32,000 nucleotides of DNA. Source: Candidatus Harpocratesius repetitus. GTDB taxonomy: Archaea; Asgardarchaeota; Lokiarchaeia; Sigyniarchaeales; Promethearchaeaceae. Numbering within the stretch: the stretch's first letter is position 1; each line of letters opens with the position of its first letter. The stretch spans positions 2,130,001 to 2,162,000 of the forward strand of contig JAIZWK010000001.1 of NCBI GenBank assembly GCA_021498095.1, given 5' to 3'. Positions 1 through 8,981 of the stretch are shown in pieces. Made by a program: the position numbers and the translations under genes. Below the pieces are notes generated by a model, which saw nothing but the letters and a program-made list of their open reading frames with translations, ran no database searches and was not told the DNA's origin.

Positions 1-314
1 TGAAAGCGAATTCGATCAAATCGAGTGATTTTTGCATCTAATTCTTGCAACTTTGTATTCGAATCGTATCGAAGATTTCCTGTCATACCAAAATGAAATA
101 GAAGAATTTCTCCTGAACTCAAATGAATGAAGAGATATTTACCCCGCCGAGATATTTTTTTAAATTGAATTCTTACTAAGGATTTGGCGAATACTTCTGG
201 ATTTGGAACTCTAAGAATTTTTGCATCTCTAATTTCTATGTGGTGAATTGGTTGATTCAGTGATGTGTTTTCAAGATAACGCCTGTAAATTTCAACTTCA
301 GGTAATTCTGGCAT
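1..314 (-). CDS. mutM: Formamidopyrimidine-DNA glycosylase (Fpg/Nei family), N-terminal 104 aa; runs off the left edge
   Basis: Manual translation from ATG at 314: MPELPEVEIYRRYLE...ISRRGKYLFIHL...LFHFGMTGNL. This contains the hallmark PELPEVE N-terminus (catalytic Pro2/Glu3), RRGKYL and HxGMTG motifs. Not in the supplied ORF track. Confidence 0.93.
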   Translation of the reverse strand, partial: MPELPEVEIYRRYLENTSLNQPIHHIEIRDAKILRVPNPEVFAKSLVRIQFKKISRRGKYLFIHLSSGEILLFHFGMTGNLRYDSNTKLQELDAKITRFDRIRF

Positions 315-519
315 ATTTAAAAGATCCTATATTATGATATTATTTTACTATGTATTCTTAACAATATTTATTAAGTTTCAAAATAGATAATTTACATAGA
401 ACAATAGTAGTAGTTGATGGATTAAATCATGTTAATTTCTACTAAGTGTATTTTTTTCCTTATAATTAATAAATATGAACAATTACGATTTTTTCTACAA
501 TTTTGGAGATGAAGTTTTA

Positions 520-1071
520 ATGAGTGAACTATCAAAAAACAATGAAATGCATCTGAATGAATTTAATGAGGAAGGTTTAAGGAAAATTGCCAAAGAAATT
601 GTTCTTCATCGATTCTTTCTTATTTTGCATGTACTACTTTATATTTTTGTAAATCTTTTGCTGTTTATTATTAATTATTTGACAAATTGGGAATATCCTT
701 GGTTTCTCTGGGCACTTACTGGTTGGGCAGTCATACTCTTTACTCATATCTTTTATTATATTCTTTATAAAAAGGGGATTGTTCATATTGCTACACTCGC
801 TCTTCTTTACCATGTTTGGGCATTTATAGTTCTCAATTCATTTTTATTATTTATTAACTTCTTTACAAATCAATCTCGATGGAATTTTCAACCTTGGTTT
901 TGGTTTCCATTTGGAAGTTGGGGCTCAATTTTAATTATTCATACTGTTCTTTACTTCTATATTACTCCTGCTCGTGATGAATCTACCGAAAAAACTTGGA
1001 TAGAACGGAAAGTGGAACAAGAATTGAAAAAACTCAAAATGATCGAATCATCAAAAAATTTGAATAAATAG
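520..1071 (+). CDS. Membrane protein with two tandem 2TM-type domains
   Basis: Two copies of H-x4-I-x2-N-x2-L-x2-IN...PWF-x-W/F...W...H (LHVLLYIFVNLLLFIIN..PWFLWALTGW and YHVWAFIVLNSFLLFIN..PWFWFPFGSW), ending WIERKVEQELKK. Start moved from 475 to ATG 520, which follows a GGAGATGA SD-like motif. Confidence 0.7.
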   Translation: MSELSKNNEMHLNEFNEEGLRKIAKEIVLHRFFLILHVLLYIFVNLLLFIINYLTNWEYPWFLWALTGWAVILFTHIFYYILYKKGIVHIATLALLYHVWAFIVLNSFLLFINFFTNQSRWNFQPWFWFPFGSWGSILIIHTVLYFYITPARDESTEKTWIERKVEQELKKLKMIESSKNLNK

Positions 1072-1085
1072 GACCTCAAAAAAAA

Positions 1086-1715
1086 ATGTTTTGGCTAGGA
1101 AAATCTGTGGAAGTTGTGCCTTCAGAAGGCGGAAAAAGTGATAAAAAAAGGGAAAAAATAAATTTAAGCCCTTTGGAAGTGTTAATTTTAGCACAACTCC
1201 GATCTCGGGAATTACGCAATAATGGAGAACCTGTGGGACAATATGGATATGAAATGATTCAAGATCTAAATAAACTTTTTGCAGGTTCTTGGGAAGCCAA
1301 ATCTGGCACTATTTATCCCATTCTTTCAAAATTAGAAGGAAAAAAACAGATGATTGTGGGATCTCGAAAAAAATCACCTTTAGGACCTGTTAAAAAAGTA
1401 TATAATCTACTTGAACGGGGAAGAAAAGCCATTGATGAGATAATTTTGCATAATTTTGAAGGTGATTTAGATTTTATTTTGCAATATCTAAATCTTATTT
1501 CACCTTTTTTGATAAAAATTGATGAAAAAGACCAAAATGATGAAATCTTTTCAAAATTAACAACAATCCCTGCAAGAGTTGCAAATATTGGATTAGAAAA
1601 ACCTAAAACATTAATAGACCAAACTTTAAGACGAAAGAAATTGGAAGCTTTACAGGAAAGCTTTAAGTTAAGCTTGCAAAATATTGAAGAAGAAATCAAT
1701 AAATCAAATGTTTAA
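1086..1715 (+). CDS. PadR-family winged-helix transcriptional regulator
   Basis: YGYEMIQDL...SGTIYPILSKLE...KKVYNLLERGRKA matches the PadR consensus. C-terminal helical dimerisation region. Starts 14 bp after the 2TM gene. Confidence 0.85.
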   Translation: MFWLGKSVEVVPSEGGKSDKKREKINLSPLEVLILAQLRSRELRNNGEPVGQYGYEMIQDLNKLFAGSWEAKSGTIYPILSKLEGKKQMIVGSRKKSPLGPVKKVYNLLERGRKAIDEIILHNFEGDLDFILQYLNLISPFLIKIDEKDQNDEIFSKLTTIPARVANIGLEKPKTLIDQTLRRKKLEALQESFKLSLQNIEEEINKSNV

Positions 1716-1730
1716 TCGTTGCAAAATTGC

Positions 1731-2615
1731 TTAACACTCTTGATAATAAGAGAGAATGGATTCAATTATTTTTTTTGATAGATGTTTCGGAATACTATCC
1801 ACCGTTCCTTTTCCAAATGAAACTCCATCGATAATCTCATTATCATTTAAGATTTCAAGTAATTGCACTTCATTAATCCAAGAATAGGATATTCTTTCAT
1901 GATTTAATTTAGCCAATTCACATGCACAAGTTAAAGCAGCTAAATTTGAGGTGATTCCAACTAAAAAATCATTTGCGCTCTTTTCAACAGCAATTCCACC
2001 TCCACAACCACATACACATTTTTTTCCAAATGGAATTAAATGCTCAACCTTGGAATTCAGCATACCTAATCCTAATTCATTTCCCCCATCACCAATTCCC
2101 AGCCAAAATTCTGGTGGTTCGGCTTCTATTAAATATTCCAAATCATCAACTTGATCTGATATTGATTCTCCCCGCATATTATGACAAATTCCATAGTAAT
2201 TCTTTCCTGGTCTTTCAACACTAATCAAGATTGGTGGTAAATGTCTCAATTCAGAAATAGGCGTAAAGTGTATCTTTATTCTAGCTCGTGATGACCAAGG
2301 AAATTGTTCTAACACTGTAAGTAAAGGGGATTCTGTACTAATTATTACATTAATTCCTAGTTCTGCCAACAAATTTCCAAGAATAAATGTACCAATTGGG
2401 CCATCTGTCTCAAAAGTATTGTTTACTGGAAATCCTGTTGTAATTGCAACCCAAGATGATTTTAAAATTTGTTTTTGTAGGTGCACAGCAATTTCATTTA
2501 CTGATTGGATAATTATAGGTGGTGTTTTGACAAGTGTATATGCTCTTTTAGCTCCATTAGGTAATAATTCAAGGTATGGTTTTCCGAGGAGCAACGATTC
2601 AATAGAATGGTTCAT
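1731..2615 (-). CDS. D-glutamate cyclase-like protein (DUF4392 family)
   Basis: Motifs ITTGFP, ETDGPIG, ISVERPG, HNMRG, GIGDGGNELGLG, CxCGxGIA and SN in the family order. Confidence 0.8.
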   Translation of the reverse strand: MNHSIESLLLGKPYLELLPNGAKRAYTLVKTPPIIIQSVNEIAVHLQKQILKSSWVAITTGFPVNNTFETDGPIGTFILGNLLAELGINVIISTESPLLTVLEQFPWSSRARIKIHFTPISELRHLPPILISVERPGKNYYGICHNMRGESISDQVDDLEYLIEAEPPEFWLGIGDGGNELGLGMLNSKVEHLIPFGKKCVCGCGGGIAVEKSANDFLVGITSNLAALTCACELAKLNHERISYSWINEVQLLEILNDNEIIDGVSFGKGTVDSIPKHLSKKIIESILSYYQEC

Positions 2616-2787
2616 GATAATTCATAATTCCATTAAGTGAGGGCAAAATATTAAGGAATAATAACCTTCTCATTAATATAACTTTATTTTATTTGAATAA
2701 TGTTTTTGATATGACAGGTGAGGATGCATCCCGCGCAAATTAATACTTGTTAAACCAATATGGAAAAAATACACGAGATCAGAGCTC

Positions 2788-4971
2788 ATGGTCATGAATA
2801 TAGTCTTGCTCTTATTTTTAATCAGCACTGCCTCCTTGAATATGCTAATTCCTTCCTATTCTACTATTATTGACGAGTTCGCCATTTCAGAATCAGTAAT
2901 ATATCTCCCAGATTCTTTGTCTGTGTTAGTAACTGCATTTGTAATGGTATTATGGGGTTACTATACAGATAAAATTGATAGAAACAAAGTAATTAATTGG
3001 GGGGCAATTTTATCCGTGTTTGGGTTTGTTTTTACCGCTCTTTGTACCAATTTTCTTCAATTGCTTATCGCCCGCATCATCACAGGAGCAGGAATGGGAT
3101 TTGCCATACCCGTTGCTATATCTGTTTTAAGTGACATTGTTCTTCCTGAAGAACGCTCAGGTTTATTTGGATTTCTTGCAATTTTTTCTTCTGTTAGTAA
3201 TGGCATTGGTCAAGGCTTATCTGCATTTTTAGGACCATTGAATATTTTTGGTTTCGGATGGCAAATTACTCCACTAATTTTATCTTTTCTTGCTCTTATT
3301 GCAGTATTCCAACTTTTATTTGTCAATCTTCCCGATGTGGGTGCAAAGGAAGAAAGCTTAGCGAATATTCATGAATTTGAAGAAGTAGGATATGAATATA
3401 AGATTAATCAGCGCCAGCTAGTGAAACTTATTCAAAAGCCAACTAATAAATTCTTGATTTTAAATGGTTTTTTTTCCATAATTCCAGGAACTATCATTAT
3501 TTTTTCTCTTATTACAACATTTTCCCGAGAGATGCTGTATGTACTTCCTGAAAATATAAGAACGCAAGTTTCTACATTAATGGCAGGAGTAGCGAGTTTT
3601 GGTTATATTATTGGAAGTATTGTTCTCTCATGGTATGGAGATCTGCTTTACAAAAAAAATAGGAAAAATCGCGCTAGATTGGCTTTTATTTCTAACATTA
3701 TTGCAATTCCATTATGTATATTAATGATTTTTGAATTAAAGCCTATTTCTCTTGAAAATATGCCTGTTTATCCTGATCCTATTCCTACTGAAGAAATTAC
3801 CAAATTTATTTTACTTACCGTTTCTGCTATTTTTCAAAATTATCCAAATTATATTTTTTATATGATTTTTTCATTCTTTGGAACATTTTTCAGTGCAGGA
3901 ATGGTGATAAATAAAAATGCTGTTATGGTGGATGTGAATTTACCTGAGCATAGAGGAACAGCTTCTTCTTTCTTTCAATTAACCGAACAAGTCGGAAAAA
4001 GTGTTACATTAATGCTTACAAGCTTTTTACTGAGTATTGTAATTACTTATCAGAGACTTTTGTATATAAGTTTGATATTTTGGATTCCTTCTGCTCTATT
4101 ATGGTTATTGACTGTAAAAGCAATAACAAAAGATATTGATGAAAAAAATAGAATACTTAGAGAAAGACAGCAGATGACTCTAATTGATTACATTTTTGAA
4201 ATTAATATTGAAATTGATCGAGCCATACAAATAGTTCATGATGCTAAAAATAAAATTGTAAAAGAACCTCAAAATGCCTTAAAGATGATAGATAAAGCGA
4301 TATTACATTTAACACGAATTACAGAAAATGCCTCCAGACAAAAAATTGCAGATTTAGAAAGTCATTCACAAAATTTACTTGATCGTGCGAAACTTTTCCG
4401 GGATAATCTCAAAGAACTATTGGAGCTTCAAAAATTTGAAGATTTACCATATCTTTATCAGTTGATTGATGAAACTTGGGAAAAAAGTGATTTTGGAAAA
4501 ATTGAAGTATTATATGAAAGTGGTTATTTAAAAGTCGTTGAGGCGCGTTTGCATAGATATTATAATCCTATTGAATGCATCGAAATTTTACAAGATGCAA
4601 TTAGTATTTTTGATAAAGTAATTAGATTGGCTTCTGATAGAGTCGTAGAAGAAGGTATTAAGCGCTTAACAAAGGATGAAGAAGAATTGCAACAACGAAT
4701 TCATAATTTGATTATTTTGGCTCAAAAATCAAAATCAAACACAGAAGTATTAAAAGATAAATTAAACTCTATTATTCACTCGCTTCTAAGAGAAGATTTG
4801 ACCATGAAGCAATTACAAAGTGTTATTGCTTTAACTTCGGAATATGGATTAAAATTGGAAGATATAATTGAAGAAAGTTTTGATAAACGCATTTTAAGAA
4901 GATTCCAAAGAGCAATGAATCAAATAAATAATCTTTTCCGTGCTTATGATGAATGGCAAACACGTGAATAA
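2788..4971 (+). CDS. MFS transporter (about 12 TM) fused to a ~270-aa cytoplasmic all-helical tail with two MIT-like repeats
   Basis: MFS motif A WGYYTDKIDRNK, ARIITGAG, EERSG, and in the second half YGDLL and PEHRGTAS. Hydrophilic helical tail from about aa 455. Confidence 0.85.
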   Translation: MVMNIVLLLFLISTASLNMLIPSYSTIIDEFAISESVIYLPDSLSVLVTAFVMVLWGYYTDKIDRNKVINWGAILSVFGFVFTALCTNFLQLLIARIITGAGMGFAIPVAISVLSDIVLPEERSGLFGFLAIFSSVSNGIGQGLSAFLGPLNIFGFGWQITPLILSFLALIAVFQLLFVNLPDVGAKEESLANIHEFEEVGYEYKINQRQLVKLIQKPTNKFLILNGFFSIIPGTIIIFSLITTFSREMLYVLPENIRTQVSTLMAGVASFGYIIGSIVLSWYGDLLYKKNRKNRARLAFISNIIAIPLCILMIFELKPISLENMPVYPDPIPTEEITKFILLTVSAIFQNYPNYIFYMIFSFFGTFFSAGMVINKNAVMVDVNLPEHRGTASSFFQLTEQVGKSVTLMLTSFLLSIVITYQRLLYISLIFWIPSALLWLLTVKAITKDIDEKNRILRERQQMTLIDYIFEINIEIDRAIQIVHDAKNKIVKEPQNALKMIDKAILHLTRITENASRQKIADLESHSQNLLDRAKLFRDNLKELLELQKFEDLPYLYQLIDETWEKSDFGKIEVLYESGYLKVVEARLHRYYNPIECIEILQDAISIFDKVIRLASDRVVEEGIKRLTKDEEELQQRIHNLIILAQKSKSNTEVLKDKLNSIIHSLLREDLTMKQLQSVIALTSEYGLKLEDIIEESFDKRILRRFQRAMNQINNLFRAYDEWQTRE

Positions 4972-5068
4972 TTAAAAAAATGATCACCAAATCACATCTA
5001 AAAATCCAAATTTTATCTTAAATTAAAGAAATTGTTTGAAATAAAATAAAATTTTTAGAAGAAGTATT

Positions 5069-8000
5069 TTGAGTTCATTTAGAATGTTAAAAATTGAAAG
5101 ATGTCCGTTTTGTAATGCTTTACTTGAAGAATCATTACAAAATATACCAAAACAGTGTAGTAACAAGAAATGTAGAAGTTACACTTTCGTTCCTGGTAAT
5201 CGTGTTCAACACAGATTTAATCAAGACTTGGGAATTGGAATTATTTCAGAAATTCTCTATTATTTAAAAAAAAAAAAGAATGAAAAATATCGAGATTCAA
5301 ATAATCAATTCAGCTTAAGATATAAAAAAAGAATTAACAAGAACTTTATTCCTTCTCTTTCTTCCACTTCTGATTTTATTTTAGCACCAGAAATGGACAT
5401 TCACGAGTTAAATTCACCAAAATCCTTTTCAAAAGACCAATTTTTCGAAAAAATTGTTATCCAATTTGATGCATATTCTTCTCAATCTGTATATCCCCAA
5501 GATATTGTTCATTTTTTATGGCCAATTGGCCAAAAAATTCGATTTTACGAACAAATCTCCTTTGATGGTCCAATCAATTCTTCAAACATTAAAATTGGTA
5601 TAATTCAAAATAGGAATCTTCACCATGCAGATGGAATCATTCGTTATCAAGTTCAATTAACTAATGGTAAAAATATTTGGATAAAGGAACAAACAATAAA
5701 GGAATCAGTCAAAAATCCAATCGAAGAATTTTATGATAAACAACTTTCATTTTCGCTTACATTCCTTCTCCGGATTTGGAGTCTCCAATTTCTTGATTTA
5801 TACAGCAGTAATTATATTAAAATAGTAACCAACTCAAGATTGTCTCTTCTTCCACATCAAGTTTCAGTTGCCCACCATCTTTTACAACAAAACGAGGCGC
5901 GTATGATCTTAGCAGATGAAGTCGGATTGGGAAAAACAATTGAAGCTGGAATTTATATTAAAGAAATGATAGCGCGCCGACTTGCTAGAAGAATTTTAAT
6001 CATAACACCAGCCAGCCTTTCTTCTCAATGGGAATTTGAAATGGAGAATAAATTCAATTTATCATTTATTCGGCTTGATTCTCAAAGATTAAAGCAGACA
6101 GAAATAAATTTTTACACTGGGAACTTTATAAATAAGAAAACTGGAGAGGAATACACTTTATGCTCTGTTACACTTCAATTTGCACGATTGCCCCAATGTT
6201 CTTCAAAATTACTTCAAGTTGAATGGGATATCGTTATCTTTGATGAAGCACACCATCTCCGTAGATATTTAACGAATGTGAAGACAGAACTCTATCGAAC
6301 TACCTTAGCCTATGATTTAGCTGAACAACTTGCCCAAAAAAGTCACAATCTTTTACTCTTAACTGCTACTCCTATTCAGCTTCACTCATTTGATTTATAT
6401 TCACTAATCTGCTTGCTGAATCCATATCGATTTCCAACTTTTGATAGCTTTGAATCAGAACGAAAAAATTTGGTTATGCTGAATCTCATAATTTCTCAAT
6501 TACTTAATTTTTCCAGAATTAGTGCCTTTGAACGCAGATCTCTGATATATAATATTTTAAACTTCCTTCCTAACTATCAAGTTAAAGAATTAGATGAAAA
6601 TTTGAAAAAGAAATCATTTCGTACGACTTTAGTTCAAACTTTAGAAAAAAAACATTTCTTAAGTGATTTTGTTATTCGTAATAGAAGAAAAAGGGTATTT
6701 CCTCATCATAAAATCAAACGAATCCCAAAAATCATAGATGTTACATTAACACCAGAAGAACTAAAGATATACAACAAAATTCATTTGTATTTAGCTAAAA
6801 TCTATTCCCAGAATTTTGAAGGTGGGAATACTGGAATGGGTTTTATTATGGTCATTCTTCAAAAGCTCTTAACAAGCTCAGTTCCTGCAATTCTTAAAAG
6901 TTTACAAAGGCGAATTCATTATTTAGAAGAAAATAAAGAAATGCTTACAAAATTCCAAACTGAAATTGTAATTAATCAAGAATTTCAAGAAGAAGAAGTA
7001 GAATTAGATTTAGATTTGGGAATTGAAGAATTTGAATTGGAAGATCGGTTAATTTATTATCGACGTAAACACAAGATGAAACCTAAAAAAGAAAATGAAC
7101 TTAATATTAAAGATCACATCAAAATTCTTAAGGAATTTGTGGGTGATTTGAAATCTTTGACTATAGATTCAAAAGCAGAAAAATTACAAGAAATAATTGA
7201 AGAAATATTATCAAATAATCCAAAAGAAAAAATTATAATCTTTACTCAATTTAAAGCGACCTTATTTTATCTTTCTGAGATATTTCAGAATAAAAAAATA
7301 AATGTCGCTCATTTCCATGGAGATCTCAATGAAAATCAAAAAAATAGAGAAGTTCAAAAATTTAAAACCACTCATTCTATTCTTTTATCTACCGAAATAG
7401 GGGGTGAAGGTAGAAATTTTCAGTTCTGCCATATTATCATAAATTATGATCTTCCTTGGAATCCAATGCGCCTAGAACAACGAATTGGGAGATTGGATCG
7501 TATTGGTCAAACTAAAGATATTTTAATTTACAATTTTTATATTGCAGATACAGTTGAATCATCAATTGTAACAGCAATTATTGATCGTATCCATCTTTTT
7601 GAAGAATCTATCGGATCTTTAGAGCCTATTTTAGGTAGTATTGAAAAACAAATAACCGACTTAATTTTAAGAGAAGATGAAATACCATATAAATTCAGAT
7701 TAGAAGAAGTTATCTCAAAAACTACGGATAAAATTGAAGAAGTATACGCAAAGTTGGATGATTTTATTTTAGATAAAAAATCCTTTCAAACATCAATGCT
7801 ATCTCAAAATCTCCAAGATGATAATATTATTTCTCACGAAGATATTCTTCAATTCTTTCACACTATTAATGATCTTGCAGGAAAAAATTCTCTTATTACT
7901 ATAAATTCAAAAAAATCTACTAACTATAGTAATTCTCTATTTGTTGATGCGTTTAAATTGGTAAAAACAAAAAAATATGATTCAACAGAATTTTGGCAAA

Positions 8001-8941
8001 TATCCTTATCAGATCGCCTTCGTTCAGAATTGAAATGCACTTCCCGCAAATACGAAGGAACATTTTCGATGGAAGTTGCTCAGAGATTTGAGGAATTTGA
8101 TTTTTTCGCTTTAGGACATGAACTTGTAATGAATCTTGCAGATTTTTGTGCTCGTGATGATTTTTCGGGATATGCTACGCAATTACATTTTAATTCATCT
8201 AAGTTGATCAATTTGTGTTTAAAAAAAAAGATAAAACTTACATCTGAAGAGAATTTAGAACTTCAAAAAATTTTGAAAAACGGTGAAATGCTTCATCTTT
8301 TTTTTATAGAACTTAAATCAGTAGGAATTATCATTGAAAAAATCGTTTTTCCAGTTTTAGTTAGCAATTCAGGATTAATTTTTTCATCTTTTACAAAAGT
8401 ATTATATCATCCTTCAACTATTGTTAAAGTTCTTGATTTTCCAGGAGAAACTAAAAATAGAACATTTGATAAGAATTTATTCGAGCAAGGAAAAATACTC
8501 CAACTTTATGAAATAGCACTTCAAGGGTTGAAAAAAATCGCACAAGAGAGAATAAAATATTTAACACAAGTAAATAGAACAAAATATCATCGAGAAAGGG
8601 CAAAAATTATTACCACTGCGAAGCTAAAAAGAAAGTATCTTGAATTTCATATAGATAAATTACAAACTATGCTCCGAGTGAAAAAGGTAAAATTACCTAC
8701 AGAACGACAATTACAAAATGTTGCAAAAATTTCGGAATTAGAAAAAAAAAATCGACGAATGAAGCAATTTGAACAGTTAAAAAATGAAGTTCAATATTTA
8801 GAGCAAGAAATAAAGCATTGGGAAAAGGAACTTGAAGAATTAGAATTTGATATTCCAGCAAAACTGAAAAAGCTCGAATATAATAAAAAATTAAGAATTA
8901 ACGCAGAATTAAAAGGTTATGCTGGATGTTTGCTCCTTTAA
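5069..8941 (+). CDS. SNF2-family ATPase of the RapA/HepA-YqhH type, with N-terminal Zn ribbon and Tudor-like segments and a C-terminal coiled coil
   Basis: LPHQ (Q motif), LADEVGLGKTIEAG (Walker A), IFDEAHH (Walker B), LLLTATP, IIFTQF, STEIGGEGRNFQ, NYDLPWNPMRLEQRIGRLDRIGQ. TTG start; ATG alternative at 5084. Confidence 0.92.
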   Translation: MSSFRMLKIERCPFCNALLEESLQNIPKQCSNKKCRSYTFVPGNRVQHRFNQDLGIGIISEILYYLKKKKNEKYRDSNNQFSLRYKKRINKNFIPSLSSTSDFILAPEMDIHELNSPKSFSKDQFFEKIVIQFDAYSSQSVYPQDIVHFLWPIGQKIRFYEQISFDGPINSSNIKIGIIQNRNLHHADGIIRYQVQLTNGKNIWIKEQTIKESVKNPIEEFYDKQLSFSLTFLLRIWSLQFLDLYSSNYIKIVTNSRLSLLPHQVSVAHHLLQQNEARMILADEVGLGKTIEAGIYIKEMIARRLARRILIITPASLSSQWEFEMENKFNLSFIRLDSQRLKQTEINFYTGNFINKKTGEEYTLCSVTLQFARLPQCSSKLLQVEWDIVIFDEAHHLRRYLTNVKTELYRTTLAYDLAEQLAQKSHNLLLLTATPIQLHSFDLYSLICLLNPYRFPTFDSFESERKNLVMLNLIISQLLNFSRISAFERRSLIYNILNFLPNYQVKELDENLKKKSFRTTLVQTLEKKHFLSDFVIRNRRKRVFPHHKIKRIPKIIDVTLTPEELKIYNKIHLYLAKIYSQNFEGGNTGMGFIMVILQKLLTSSVPAILKSLQRRIHYLEENKEMLTKFQTEIVINQEFQEEEVELDLDLGIEEFELEDRLIYYRRKHKMKPKKENELNIKDHIKILKEFVGDLKSLTIDSKAEKLQEIIEEILSNNPKEKIIIFTQFKATLFYLSEIFQNKKINVAHFHGDLNENQKNREVQKFKTTHSILLSTEIGGEGRNFQFCHIIINYDLPWNPMRLEQRIGRLDRIGQTKDILIYNFYIADTVESSIVTAIIDRIHLFEESIGSLEPILGSIEKQITDLILREDEIPYKFRLEEVISKTTDKIEEVYAKLDDFILDKKSFQTSMLSQNLQDDNIISHEDILQFFHTINDLAGKNSLITINSKKSTNYSNSLFVDAFKLVKTKKYDSTEFWQISLSDRLRSELKCTSRKYEGTFSMEVAQRFEEFDFFALGHELVMNLADFCARDDFSGYATQLHFNSSKLINLCLKKKIKLTSEENLELQKILKNGEMLHLFFIELKSVGIIIEKIVFPVLVSNSGLIFSSFTKVLYHPSTIVKVLDFPGETKNRTFDKNLFEQGKILQLYEIALQGLKKIAQERIKYLTQVNRTKYHRERAKIITTAKLKRKYLEFHIDKLQTMLRVKKVKLPTERQLQNVAKISELEKKNRRMKQFEQLKNEVQYLEQEIKHWEKELEELEFDIPAKLKKLEYNKKLRINAELKGYAGCLLL

Positions 8942-8981
8942 TGATCTTTTTTTCAAAAATTTTATTTTTCTTCAGAAATGC

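Noticed and set aside
1313-2640. Short ORFs 1313-1699(-), 1951-2154, 1973-2224, 2419-2640(+)
   Set aside because: Shadow frames antisense to the PadR and glutamate-cyclase genes, with no motifs.
2711-2787. Possible frameshifted 5' extension of the MFS gene (ATG 2711 in another frame; MFS frame open from 2722 without a start codon)
   Set aside because: The extension would be short, no slippery motif is evident, and ATG 2788 gives a plausible start. It cannot be resolved without orthologues.
5266-5277. A12 run near the start of the SNF2 gene as a phase-variation switch (also A10 at 8742-8751 and T13 at 21765-21777)
   Set aside because: All are in frame and encode Lys runs, and long A/T tracts are common throughout this AT-rich window. 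Read-level length variation would be needed to revive the idea.
5069-8941. SNF2 gene as part of a DISARM or BREX defence island
   Set aside because: No methyltransferase, DUF1998, PglZ or nuclease genes nearby.
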